This document shows positions 27,567 through 41,129 of a stretch of 64,000 bases of DNA, one piece after another (the stretch's first letter is position 1; the number at the start of each line of letters is the position of its first letter). The stretch covers positions 10,292,001 to 10,356,000 of the forward strand of contig OX597829.1 of assembly GCA_951406725.2 (NCBI GenBank), in the 5' to 3' direction. Source of the DNA: Octopus vulgaris (Eukaryota). The position numbers were made by a program, and so were the translations under genes. The notes under the pieces were generated by a model that saw only the letters and a list, made by a program, of their open reading frames with translations, was not told where the DNA came from and made no database searches.

Positions 27567-27828
27567 ATGTATAACCATAGCTATGTATATATATATGCAT
27601 ATGTGTGTATGCATATGTGTGTGTATCTGTCTGATTTTCTCTGCGTGCGTCTCTATGATTGTCTGTATGTGCGTGGATTTGTGTGTATATGTACATGCAT
27701 ATACGAGTGAATATGTGTTAGTGTTTGTACAGATTTTTGTCCTTTTTTTCCTCTTTTTCACTCCCCACACCCCAACAATTCTATCTATTAATCGATGCAT
27801 GCATGTTTCACACACTCTGAGATACGTC

Positions 27829-27886
<58 letters not shown>

Positions 27887-28842
27887 ATATATATAAGGAG
27901 ATAGAAAGAATCAGAGATTTAGGGAGATATCATGAGAGGATGCGTGATAGAAAACTAACATATAGGATAAACACTTACATGTAAGCATACCACACAGGCA
28001 CACAGATACAGGAACCCACATACATTCGCATACTCGCACGACTGCACTCTCACATATGCATACATACACATGCACAACACTCCTTAATTAGATTTTCTAA
28101 TAAATCTTTCTAGGACCAATTGACTGTCACATCAAGTAGGAGAGTACATACGGCGCATACACACGGCACACAAGATAGCAACAGAGGGAAGGTTCGGCGG
28201 CAGGGAATGGCGGTTGGGGAGGGGGAAGCAGAATTATATGATGACGAAGTTCATGGTGATGCCAGTGGTGATGGTGACGATGATGGAGGATGTGCTGGTG
28301 GTGGTGGTGGTAGTGATGGGTGAAAGAGACATTCATATCTTCTCCCAACCAGCCCTCCAGCCAACCAACCCGAACCATCTCGCTTTTTATGTGTTGACGC
28401 TGTTTAGCCTTTTCCCGCGCAATGACGACCGACCGTCCCTTGCTTCCGCTGAAGCGGTTTGGCTAATTTTCTTTTTGCTTAGTGTTTGTTATTTCCCCAT
28501 TTTTTCTTTTTCTTTTTGATATTTCTTTTACTTTTATTATTTGTATTATTTCTCACTCTTCCTCTTTGCTTCCTCCCTGACTGTCTGTCTTTCTCTCCCT
28601 CTCTCTCTCTCACTCTGTCGCTTTCCTATCTTCCCGCGGAACAGATGTTGTCTATTTGCTCAATGGCATCGAGTGGAAATAGTTAAGCCTGGCAACTTGA
28701 CTGAAAATGCAGTGTAAAATCGTCTTCGATACGCTATAGCTAGCTACCAAACCCTTTACTCTACCTTCCTGTATGTGTAGTCAAACCAACACACACAGAC
28801 ATACGCAACACACACACACACACACACACACATGAATATTCG

Positions 28843-28959
<117 letters not shown>

Positions 28960-29027
28960 GTATCGATATTCATAAATATAAACATAGATATATGCATACA
29001 TATATATCTCTTTATACATATATGCAC

Positions 29028-29063
<36 letters not shown>

Positions 29064-30035
29064 ATATACATTTGGGTATGAGTTTGTGTGTATTATACAT
29101 GCACAGCATACAGCCCCACATATGCATAAGTTTAGATCGTACGCTAACTTAATATGAAGTACTATCATATCACTATAATTGGTACTTTATAAAATCTATC
29201 ACCTCTATTTGTAGACAGACAGGGACAGGCGGAAACAAACACACATTCACTCACACATATCTACACATGCTTAGATACACACACACACGCACACACACAT
29301 GTATGCTAACAGTGACATATATATTCTAATGTGTGTAAATACACACAAACGCTTATACACACAAGCACGCATAGGCAGATAAAAGTTGTCTGCATGTTCG
29401 TACGAAAGTATTTACATGTTATACTTCATACGCGTACGCCGTTTTATTCGTACAATTTGTAAGTGTATATAAATGTGCAAGCAGACAAAAAGTAAAAAAA
29501 AGTTGCGTCTCTTTATATCTGACGGCAATATGCAAGTACATGGTTCTGTTCTTTTATATTTGTTATCCTACGCACGGCCATTGTGGTTGGAACTCACAAG
29601 CATACTTATATTGCATATAGACGATCTCCTTTAAAATTACACAGACAAGATACTTAAAGGATTTTTGTTTTCTGTTTTTGCTCACTTTAGGGAAAGAAAT
29701 AGAAGAGGTAAACAAAAGATAAATCATTGTAAAGAGATGAGTTATGATGCACTTAACGTACGATAGAGATTTAGGGCTTGTTCACTGATAGTTACGATGA
29801 CAAATATGCTTTAAATCACAATTTGAAGTCATGGTTAAAAGACGCACGCACACAAACACACAAACACGCACACACACACGCACACTCATATACCTCACAT
29901 CCGCACAAAATTGTTTCTAGTAACTAACGCAATAAATTACTTGACAACGATTGATAAATATTAAATAACAAGTATCGGGAGGAATTTCCATGTTAGAAAA
30001 TATCTTGCTATTTTCAGGTTTTGTTTGAACTTATA

Positions 30036-30219
30036 TCATCATCATCATCATCATCATCATTATCGTCGTCTTCATCGTCATCATCGTCATTATCGTCAAC
30101 GTCATCGTCGTCTCCACGTCGTCGTCGTCATCATCATCATCATCATCATCATTATCGTCATCGTCATCGTCATCATCGTCATTATCGTCAACGTCATCGT
30201 CGTCTCCACGTCGTCGTCG

Positions 30220-30251
<32 letters not shown>

Positions 30252-30312
30252 GTCGTCATCGTCGTCGTCGTCTTCTTCGTCATCATCGTCGTCGTCGTCA
30301 CAATCAACATCA
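30036..30312. repeat. (CAT/CGT)n trinucleotide repeat with internal duplication
   Basis: Direct reading. Confidence 0.9.
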
Positions 30313-32850
30313 ACAGCACTGATCGGTTGAACTGTGACCTTTCCGGAAGCTTGCCTGCCAGGGACTGACAGTTGAGTTTTCTTCAAGCCACCAGGTAAGC
30401 TGGTTAGCGATCATTCTTTCAAGAAGTTTCCCCATAGTTGAGGTTAAGGCGATTGGTCGATAACTCCCTACATCTGCCGGATATTTCCCTTTTTTGAGGA
30501 AGGAAATGACGGTTGCTGTTCGCCACAACTGAGAGCGGCATCTCTCCATCCAACTACTGTTGAGAATGGTGAGTAGTTTGATTTTTGCCGACATGGTCAT
30601 GTGTTTTAGTAGGTTGGGTGCGTTCTCGTCTGGACCAGCTGCTTTATGCGGCTTGATTTTTTTCAGGGCAGCTATCAATTCACCGAGGGTGAAGGCTTCT
30701 TCAATCTGTTGTCGCGGGCGGCCGAGCCGTAGGCCTTTCATTTCTTGCTTAAGCTCTCGAGCAATCTTTCTGGTTGGTTTAGAACTCTTCTTTCCGCTGA
30801 TGGCGACTCTTGCACGATAGCCGAAGTCTTCTCTCGGTCACTGGCGTAGACGTCACCGTTGTACGTCAAGGAGAGATCAGTGCCTTCGATTGTCTCAATT
30901 CAACGCAGATGGGTTCCAATCGTCGCAGCGCCTTCGCACCACCGCTACATTCTTCGATTTCAGCAAGGCGTTTGATCGTGTCTGGAGAACCGGACTACTG
31001 CAGAATATGCTGAGGTTAGGCGTTCCCCTACGTTTCATCGGCTGGCTCTCGACTTGGTTTACTAACTGTACAGCCAGAGATCGCATCAATACCACAACCG
31101 ACAGAAGTCCAAGGTGTAGTCCTCACCCCCATACTTTTTACCATCTACATCAATAGTCTCTTCGACCAATTCCATCAAAATACTCACATCAGTGCCCATG
31201 CAGATGACTTGGGGATTGCATGCAGGGGCAAGAAGAAAGAAGACGTCGCGGTTGCTCTACAGAAAGAAGTAGACAAGGTTGCCTTGTAGAGTCAAAATGC
31301 AAGATTAACGTTAATACTTCTAAGTGCGAGACCAGCTTCTTCAGCATAGACAGCGCGGAATCAATATCAACGGAGCACTCCTAGCCCACAATCCCAATCC
31401 TGAATTCCTTGGAGTCACCTACGACCGACAACTCACCTTCGGCGAGCATGTCAGTAACATCTGTCGTACGATACAGGGGCGAAATAATCTGCTCCGTGCC
31501 TATCCGGCACCCCCTGGAGATGACATAAGGCAGATCTCCGTCAGGTCTACACTGCGATTCAACGCAGCCTAGCAGAATATGCAGCGCCAGCCTGGACACC
31601 CTGGTAGTCAGCCACAAACATCGGCAAACTCGAGGGACTGATCACCAAACAAATACGCTCGACTCCTACCGAAGCGGTCCATGCAAAAGCCCAATTACTA
31701 AGACTTGCATCTCGCTTTTCTACCCTCTCACTCCTCAAAGCAGATGCATCAGCAAACCTACCGCAAGTTGATGAGCATTATAAAGTTCTGAACACCTACA
31801 CCCATAAACGACTCAAGCGGACATACTGGAGAAGTCAACAACTCCCAACCTTAGCACGGCTGAACATGGTGCCCCCCTCTCCAACGCACGGCGTCCACCT
31901 CTGCAATGGGGAAATCCCCCTTCCCATACTGCCGTCTACACTCCCACAAGGAAGCAGATGCCCGTCGATGTACAACTGCTGGCAGCTCAACAAACACTTG
32001 CCAGCCTACCCAAGTCCCCTGACGTTACACTGATGGATCGTCTTGTGAAGGCACAACCAACGGTGGCACCGGTGTGGTGGTGCTGATACACGATGCGGTG
32101 GTCCACGAGTGGCACGCCCCGACTGGTGCTCACAGCAGCTCATTCCACTCCGAGAGAGCAGCATTTAACGAAGACCTCCGATGGCTACAGTCCAATGACA
32201 ACTGGGCCTCCGCAGCAACAGTCTCCGATTGCAAATCATTGGTTGAAGCGCTAGACAACCCATTCCCCGCAGACCCGACAATTAGAGAATTGCAACAAAC
32301 AGCAGCCCTTGTAGCAGCTGGCAAGATTTTGACGGTGATCTGGGTGTCAGGCCATTGCAACCTCTGCGGCAATGAACCCGCAGATATGCAGGCGAAACAT
32401 GACTCGGCGCTGCCACAATCGGATGCCGCCATCGATACAGCCATTCGTCAGGCGGTTATTCGTCGAACGTTCAGGCCAGCGTCAATTCAACACCCCCGTC
32501 TGAAGGAAGTCTTAACGAAGAAACCGGATGAAAGAACCGAAGCAGCCCCCTCAAAGGCAAACTTCACAGACATGATACGCTTCCGTAGTGCTCATCATCC
32601 GGCACTCAGGTGGTGGCAAAAAATGGCAGGACTAAGCGACACAGATCAATGCAGACTCTGTAATGAGGAGGTGGAATCTGTAGAAAATCTCTGGCTGAGA
32701 TGTCCGGCCGTGATGGTGGAACGCTATATCCGCCAACTAGGGGTTACAATGGATGAGATGATTCATCTCCCTTCCGTGGCTCTAGCGCTTCTGAGAGTTA
32801 TCCTCAGGCGCTTGAGGTGACTACCACCACCAACAACAACAACAACAACA
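30313..32850 (+). mobile_element. I-group LINE (RT plus RNase H plus CCHC) with 5' inversion and (CAA)n tail
   Basis: 30313-30874 encodes the RT N-terminus on the minus strand (KAAGPD, YRPIALTS, ..STDQC). From 30875 the plus strand continues DQCLRLSQ..DFSKAFDRVW, RNase H (TDGS, SDCKSL, WVSGHCNLCGNEPAD) and CRLC..ES..C. Confidence 0.85.
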
Positions 32851-32875
32851 GCAGCGGCAGCTCCTTCATCATCGT

Positions 32876-33310
32876 CATCGACTTTGCCTTTCATCGTTTC
32901 GTGATCGATTAAATGCGTGGGGTCGATGTAATTGACTTCCCCACCTCATATTTGCTCGCCTTGCGTCAAAATAATCGTTCAAATTCTGCCAGTTTCCACT
33001 TTGCCTTTCATCCTTTAGGGGTCGATAAAATAAGTACCAGTTACGTACTTGGGTCGATCTAATCGATTTATCCCCTCCCCCAAATTTGCTTGCCCTGTAC
33101 TAAAAACCTTAAACTATTATTTTTCTACCTTTTTAATAGTTTCTATTAGAATCGTTACTACGCCGGGCAAAAATACTGAGCGGCACCTCATCCATCTTTC
33201 TTTTCTGAGTTCAGATTCCGCTGAGGTTGATAAATAAGTACCAATTAAGTCGATTACATCGACACACCTTTTACCCCGAAATTGCAGGCCTTGTGCCAAA
33301 ATTTGAAACG
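32876..33310 (+). mobile_element. Three tandem fragments of a third SINE family
   Basis: Repeated actttgcctttcatc..gataaaataagtacca..gccttgtgccaaaatttgaaac blocks. Confidence 0.6.
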
Positions 33311-34053
33311 AATATTTTAAAGAGTGGTAATAAATGTTTTACAAGGTACTGAGTATTATACGAAGCCACCAAATAGCAATTCGCGGTTTTTCATATGATG
33401 ATGTAATAAAATACACGGAAGAAAGAATGTTACATTGATTTTATGGGTAAATTATAAACTTTTAGTGGAATTTCGTTATTCTTCCTGTTGTTTAGCCCTG
33501 GGTCGGAAGCATTCCAGATGTGAGCAACACCTTTGTTTCCTGGAGTGTTCTATCTAATACTGCATTATCTGCAATCGCCTCTCCTTCTTGTTTGCTTTGT
33601 TTACCTTTGATTTTGACTCTGTTTTTCAAGACTGTACAGAATGTATATCGTGAGGGACATATGTCTGCTATTTTCACCAGATGGAACAACTTTATAAAAA
33701 TTCCACCCTGAACTGTTGTTTCGTTCTTCGAGTGTCGTAGAGCAATCGCTTGGTAAGCCGAGGCTGGAAAAAGAAAGAGTGCGCGCGTGAGAGATTTCAA
33801 TTCGGATAACCTTAACCCTAAACCTAACATTAACCAGTCCTCTGCTTGAATTCATTGAACATGTTTCTCACGTTGCGAAAAACTGCCCTTTTCTTGTTGG
33901 CCTTTGTGACGATCGCAAAAACAAGTAGCCAAAAATATACTTTCCTAAAATTAAGATGGTTTTAAAACTTTTTAAAGTTGTCCATCATTATAATGAATGA
34001 AGACGAATTATACACCCGGGACAGAGATAGCAAAATTTCTATGATTATTTCTA

Positions 34054-34890
34054 GGCTGACCGGCTGGTATTTCTCAGTTAATCAACCACTGCACCATACC
34101 CACTCATACCCGAAGACGTGTCAAAGTGTTGTCATCTGCCTGTCGGCTCTACTCCTGCAACTCAACTTGATTTCGAGCCGGGTCGTCTGCTGCTGGAGAG
34201 GACCGATCAGGTAAAGGACCTGGGTATCTTGGTGGATTCCTCCTTTTCGCCTTCGGCCCAGTGCGTCCATGCTGCCAACAAAGCACGCGGAATTCTGTTC
34301 TTGATTCGACGGTCATTCGGAATGCTCAGAGCAGCCATATTCCTACCACTCTATGTCACACTGGTGAGACCCATATTGGAGTATGGGATTCAAGCCTCTT
34401 CTCCTTATCTCCTCAAAGACATACAGCATCTCGAAAGAGTCCAGAAGCTGGCTACCCGCATGATTCATGGTCTCAAAAATTTGTCCTACGAAGAAAGGCT
34501 GAGGACGCTCGACCTTTATTCTCTTGAAAAACGCCGCCGCCGTGGTGATCTCATTCTAGCCCACAACATTATAAGCGGAAAGTGTAACCTCTCGAAAGAG
34601 CTGTTCTTCACTCCTGCTCCAGAGCGTCGGCTGCGGGGTCATTCCGAAAAGCTCTACCTGCGACGATTTCATCTCAATCGAAGGAGAGGAGCTTTCTCCG
34701 TCCGGGTTGCGGATCCGTGGAACAAGCTGCCAGACGAGATGGTGAAGATGCCGACGACCGCTTTGTTCAAAGCCTCCCTGGACCTCAAGTGTCCTGAACT
34801 CTTTACATGAACACCACCCTGTACTTAACTCCATGTCCCCCTACATGGCCTTGCTATTTGCTTTTGAGCCAAATTAACTAACTAACTAAC
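34054..34890 (+). mobile_element. Young 5'-truncated CR1-group LINE
   Basis: Open ORF 34118-34810 (VKDLGILVD, LYVTLVRPILEY, RRRRGDLI, WNKLP), (AACT)n tail and candidate 7-bp TSD ATTTCTA (34047-34053 and 34891-34897). Confidence 0.85.
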
Positions 34891-34936
34891 ATTTCTACGA
34901 TCGATTGCTATAATGAAGTTTGTTTCATCACCTGTT

Positions 34937-35055
34937 GCTGCTGCTGCTTCTTCTTCTTCTTCTTCTTCTTCTTCTTCTTCTTCTTCTTCTTCTTCTTCTT
35001 CTTCTTCTTCTTCTTCTTCTTCTTCTTCTTCTTCTTCTTCTTCTTCTTCTTCTTC
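34937..35055. repeat. (TTC)n microsatellite
   Basis: Direct reading. Confidence 0.95.
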
Positions 35056-35407
35056 CAATCAGGACTCACGCCATTAGCTCTAATTCGAGCCTATTCTAAG
35101 CTACTAAGAATGCGTGTGGCAGTTTGAAGATCCACCCACCACACGCCATAGACTGGCGGTTGCACGGGCGTAAAAGCTACGTTGTTATCCCCATAACGGT
35201 GGCTTTTAACGGGTGGAGAGCCGAACCATCCTGGAATACAGAGGATTCGCAATCTAGACTAGGGCCTGAAAGTTTACCACACCACAGTGGGTTGCACCAT
35301 GGTTCCTCTGCTTTGTGGAAGAAGTAGGAAGAAAGAGTGAGAGAAACTTGTGGTGAAAGAGTACAGCAGGGTTCACCACCACCACCCGCCGGAGCCGCGT
35401 GGAGCTT

Positions 35408-35905
35408 AGAAGAAGAATTGGAAGAAGAAAAACAAGAACAAGAAGAAGAAGAAGAAGAAGAAGAAGAAGAAGAAGAAGAAGAAGAAGAAGAAGAAGAAGA
35501 AGAAGAAGAAGAATTGGAAGAACAAGAACTGGAAAAAGTAGAACAACAACAACAAGAAGGAGAAGAAGGAGAAGAAGAAGAAAGAGAAGAAGAAGAAGAA
35601 GAAGAAGAAGAAGAAGAAGAAGAAGAAGAATTGGAAGAACAAGAACTGGAAAAAGTAGAACAACAACAAGAAGGAGAAGAAGGAGAAGAAGACGAAAAAC
35701 AATTGGAAGAAGGAGGAGGAGAAGGAGGAGGAGAGGAAGAAGAAGCAGGAGGAGGAGGTGGGGGAAAGGGGGTGGAGGAGGAGGGGATAAGAAGAAGAAG
35801 AAGGAGGAGGAGTGTAGAAGAGGATCCGATGACGGTGACGGTGACGACGACGACGTTGGTGATTATGATGATGACGATGACGATAATGATGATGATGATG
35901 ATAAC
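35408..35905. repeat. (GAA)n/(GGA)n/(GAT)n compound repeat with higher-order duplication
   Basis: The block ttggaagaacaagaactggaaaaagtagaacaacaac occurs twice. Confidence 0.9.
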
Positions 35906-36422
35906 GACATGGAGGGGATGGGAAGGGTGAAATGAGATCATGACTTTCAAAGATGTTGTAAAGCCTCGGCTTGCCCTTAAATCCAGGACTATGCCACAGT
36001 CAACAAGATGAGCTGAAGAACGGCAAGTTGCTTTTGACAATCGATCAGCATACTTACTCGGAAGCCAGGAATCTCCGAAAATCAATGACATTAACGCTTT
36101 TCTATATATCATCAACGAAGAGTCAACGAATTCTCCAAGCAAAGACTCTTGGCCCTAGTTAGATCACCTGACACAAGCAGAACCTGAGAATTTCCCTCCA
36201 GTAGAAGAGTAAGTGATGATACTCTAATCTCTTCAGACGAAAACCGGATGAAGCCATGAGGATCTAACTCTAATATATGACGAACGTGATGAAGATGTTC
36301 AAAATTCTGTTTAGACATTTTACGGATACATTCATACACATAAATGCGCCAACACACACACACACACACACACGCACACACCAACACACATTCTCTCTAT
36401 ACACACACTGAAATATACATAA

Positions 36423-36457
<35 letters not shown>

Positions 36458-36529
36458 TATTTCTAGCTTACAGGGAAAAATTCAATTCAGAAATACTAAA
36501 TCAAATTTCACAAAATATAATATATATAT

Positions 36530-38090
36530 ATAAATTAGAAAAAACCCACCTTTTGTCAATTCAAAATGAACAATTAAATTACACCATCTAGAAAATTACG
36601 TATAATAGAAATATTAAACATAAAATAACAATAATATACCGATGATTAGGTAAATTGCAAAATAATAAATAAAATGTATATATTTGGTAGAATAACGACA
36701 CGTGTTTCGTGGCTATTTTAAAGAAATGATTATAGTAAAAAAATTAATAGTAGTAGTAAAATCACTTTGATATAAATATAGCCACTCCTCAGGTTAAAAA
36801 TAAACTACAATAATAAAATAATTAATTATTAAAAATACGTAAATAATCTTTTAAAATATAAATATATTCTTTAAATATATATATATAATATATATATATA
36901 TAAGATACTAAATATACATTAAGTGAAATCTAAATACTAATATACACAATGCTAGCACAAGCCATTAATATTGTAATCAAAATCAGAAATGATTCAAATA
37001 TAGACAAACTCATTAAATAAACTAACTATATAATTATATAATTAATATATATGTGTAGTTTCTATAGATTTAATATATAACTCAATAATATAGTTGACCA
37101 AATATCAATTAATATAAAACCTAATTTACCTAAATTTAATACTACTTATAAATATACCACCTAATTATTAAATAATATATTGTCTAACAAAAATTAATTC
37201 TCAAATTAAATTATATGTAATACATTAGATCCCTTTATAAAAATAATAATAAATCATTCTAAATAAATAGATATCATAATTAATAATATATAAATGATAT
37301 AATGGCGAAAATTATTTACTAATGAAAAGTAAGAAACACATCTAAGCCCCTTAAATTAAAGAAATGTGCAAAAATATATTAGAACAAATGAACAATACAC
37401 TATGAAGACATTCAGCTACAACCGACAGTCCACTACAAATCCAGTCAATGACAATAATAATAATAACAACAACAATCAAACTCAATAAAATACAAGTTCC
37501 AAATAAAATTGATAAACAAACAATGTTACGAAGTTTATCTATTAAATTAATCTATCTGGATTTTAAATGTATAAAAATAGGTTTTAGCTTCTTATTAATA
37601 TACCCAATGCTGTTACTAGTCATGAATAATATAATAAAAAAAAGGAAATGGTTCAAATAGACCCAAATCCATTAAATAAAATAACTATATTATTAATATA
37701 TATGTAGTATCTATAGATTTAATATTTCACATGATAATAAAGTTTAACATAATATTAATTAATATAAAAACTAATTTACTTAAATGTAATACTACTTAAT
37801 AAGAATATTACCTAATTATTAAATAATGTACAGTCTAACGAAACTAATTCTCAAATTAAATTATATGTAAAACGTTAAATCCCTTTTTAAAAATAAATAG
37901 ATATCATAACTATTAACGATCGTATATAATAACTATCAAGAAACTATAAATAAATAATATTTCAACAACAATAATAATAATAACAATAATAATACTGATT
38001 TCAAACCCTAAAACGATTCAAAATCCAAATGAAATAGATAAATAATAAAATGTAACTTAGCTTGTACACACATACATATAAAGATACATA
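36530..38090 (-). mobile_element. Very AT-rich, (TA)n-flanked non-autonomous element with a hammerhead and an internal ~270-bp direct repeat
   Basis: Hammerhead at 36693-36796; 36991-37280 resembles 37650-37910; no ORF. Confidence 0.55.
36693..36796 (-). ncRNA. Minimal type I hammerhead ribozyme
   Basis: Minus strand reads UAAC-CUGAGGA-GUGGCUAU...AUAGCCAC-GAAA-CACGUG-UC-GUUA. It has an 8-bp stem II, palindromic stem III ACACGUGU and a GUC cleavage triplet. Confidence 0.85.
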
Positions 38091-38130
38091 CATACGTACG
38101 TACATATATATACATGCATAAAAATATGTA

Positions 38131-38220
<90 letters not shown>

Positions 38221-38248
38221 GTTTGTATGTATATATATATAATGTTTG

Positions 38249-38290
<42 letters not shown>

Positions 38291-38293
<3 letters not shown>

Positions 38294-38488
38294 AAAATAA
38301 GGGTGAAAAAATTGAATATTAATTAGTAACATCAATTTAAACACCAAGTGGCCTAGCGTAGAAAAGACTGAGATTCAGTAAATATTATTAATACAAAACT
38401 ATGAGAGAGAATCCAGTATGTGGACGCTTTGCGTATCTATATCTAGCGTTAGAGCGTCCACATAGCGGATTCTCTCTCATAGTTTTGT
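38291..38488. mobile_element. (TA)n-flanked element with leader plus 36-bp-arm hairpin
   Basis: Hairpin 38393-38488 (ACAAAACTATGAGAGAGAATCC..TATGTGGACGCT and its complement). The leader contains agggtgaaaaaatt and GTGGCCTAG. Confidence 0.75.
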
Positions 38489-38769
38489 GTATATATATAT
38501 ATATATAATGTTTGTATGTATATATATATACATGTATGTATGATTATTTATATAAGTATGTATTTGTGCATCTGTTTCCACCCCCCACCCCACCGTCGCT
38601 TGACGACCGATGTTTTTGTATTTATCTCCCCGAAACTTAGCGGCTCGGTAAAAGAGACTGATAGAATAAGACCTGGGGTAGGTTTCTTTGACTAAAAGGC
38701 GGTGTTGCAATATGACCGCAGTCAAATGACTGAAACAAGTAAAAGAATATAAGAATAAGTATAAAAGGA

Positions 38770-39191
38770 TATGCATACATACATACAAAACATACACACA
38801 TACATACATGCACACACATACATACATACACATACATATACATACATACATGCATACATACATACATGTAAGCATACATGCATACATACATACACTCACA
38901 CATACATACATACACACACACATACATACATACATCCATACATACATCCATATACACATACATACATACATACATACATGCATACATACATACATACACA
39001 CACACATACATACATACATACATACATACATACATACATGCATACATGCATACATACATACATACATACATACATACATACATACATACATACATACATG
39101 CATGCATGCATGCATACATACATACATACATACATACATACATACATACATACATACATACATACATACATACATACATACATACATACAT
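38770..39191. repeat. (TACA)n microsatellite
   Basis: Direct reading. Confidence 0.95.
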
Positions 39192-40140
39192 AGTTTCTTT
39201 TCAGTCCATTCCTTGATGGCTTTTGGCTACACTGCTCGTAGCGTAAATTTAGTTCGTGTCAACTTGCTGTATTGGTCAGACCAAACCAGATTCGGAAAAA
39301 CTTAACTAGTCCATTGTTGTACTTCACAACGATTCTACATGAGAACAAGGACTTCTCCCGGCAGGTACTAATCACCAAACCCAAATATTAGTTCGAGCTA
39401 ATTGTTTCCCTTGTCACTAGCTCGTATTCCTTCAGTTGGCGTCCATTACTTCGATCTCCATGGTAATGTCATCTGCATGCGCTGGGTTAGTTTCGTATCA
39501 TCGACACCTCCACCTTTGCCCTGGTAGATGGAGTTTCGGTATATTCAGAAATTGTGGAAGCGGACACTTTTATCTAATTGAGCATGGTGTTCAAAACAGT
39601 TTCGATGAGTGGTCATTTAATCTGAACATAGAGTTGATATCACTTTGCATTGTAATGATCCAGTCTTCGAAAATGTTGCCGAGTCGGGTTTCTACCGAAG
39701 GGTCGACAAGCATCGCTGATTTGACACTATCAGATGTATTTGGCTGTCAAAAATTCCTCAGTGCCCCATCCATTCCACGCCTGTTTCATATCCTTTCAAC
39801 GGTATACTGTATCAGGTAGATGTATCTGTTTGTTTCTCGCAGGTATACACGCTTGTAACCAGTAACGAGGTTAAGCTCCAGGCTGTTTGAAAGCACAGTT
39901 ATCAAAATCTCGAAGTCAATGTCCAGCAGAGATAAGGGCAGTAAATTCCCAATTATATCTCCCGTTTCCAGGCCCTTCTTCAGCAACTCTATCTTTGCTC
40001 GGCTAACGTTTCTAGTATGCTTACATTTTGGAAATATGTGTGTCAAAAGAAACAGAGGGGGTAAACAAATCTGCCGTTTAGCCATAAGGCTTGTACGGCA
40101 GACCATCCAAACCACCATTAAATTTATTTTTCGTAAAACC
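39192..40140 (-). mobile_element. Heavily decayed Tx1-like RT fragment
   Basis: LLKKGLETGDIIGNLLPLSLLDIDFEIL, a HADDIT-like motif and GLVXPI..WTEKK parallel the other Tx1 copies. Confidence 0.55.
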
Positions 40141-41129
40141 TCTCATCGTCAACCGTAATTGAATCGCCAAAATTTATTTTTCGCAGTACTCCACCTCTTT
40201 CCTCTTGAGAGCATGGCAAGCAGACGAAGTATTATTATAACGTCCATAGTCTCCAGTTCAACGCTACACTCCAAACAACCGGAGAAAGTGCTGCTAAGAA
40301 ACCGTTCAACTTGGAATAGAATAATGGATGCCACTCTAATACACGCAAATATTCGTGTATCAAAGACCTGGTTTAGACTTCGTTTACAAATCTTGTCTTT
40401 ATTTTACTTGAACGTCTTGTGCGATCTTGTATCTAATAGCAATCACTTTAACTCTAACACTGTAACCTTCATATTTTGAGTCGAAGAAATGAAGAAATAG
40501 CGCTGTTTTCATTGCTAGCATGGCAATCTCGATGCCATTCCTTATCGCTTCTAATTTGCTGACTAGTAATTCTCTCCAATCTATTGTTCACTATTACTAC
40601 TTCTTAGCTTTACCCTATTGATTCTACAATGGTTCTCTGTAGGCAATATATGAAAAAAGAAAGAAAACACAAACGCTCAGAATATTACACACACACACAC
40701 ACACACACACATACAAACATACACACACACACACACACAGACATGCATACGCACGCACACACATGCACACACTCACTCACCTAATCACACATAAACACAT
40801 ACAAACACATACGCACGCTCACACATATGAACATACATAAAGTACACTCATACATACAATCGTACAAGCATATGTACATACATATCTATACGCACATACG
40901 CACATATATTATGCATACATACATGCCTATATATATTTGTATATGTATGTGTGTGTGTATGGTATGAGGTAGGTGGATCTGTTTCTTTCTCGTACGGTAT
41001 ATGCGTGTATATATGTGTGTGTACGTGCGTGCGTATGTGTGTATGTGTGTGTGAGTGTGTGTGTGTGTGTGTAAATGTACACACACGTATGTATATAATA
41101 AAGAAGACACCCTGAGAATAAAAGAAAAG

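Noticed and set aside
35177-36142. 321-aa and 197-aa ORFs
   Set aside because: Open only because of (GAA)n repeats; the flank at 35950-36300 may be a decayed RTE remnant but is too degraded to call.
39185-39230. Tx1 fragment abutting (TACA)n as evidence of target specificity
   Set aside because: The junction lies mid-ORF, so it is a truncation and not a natural 3' end.
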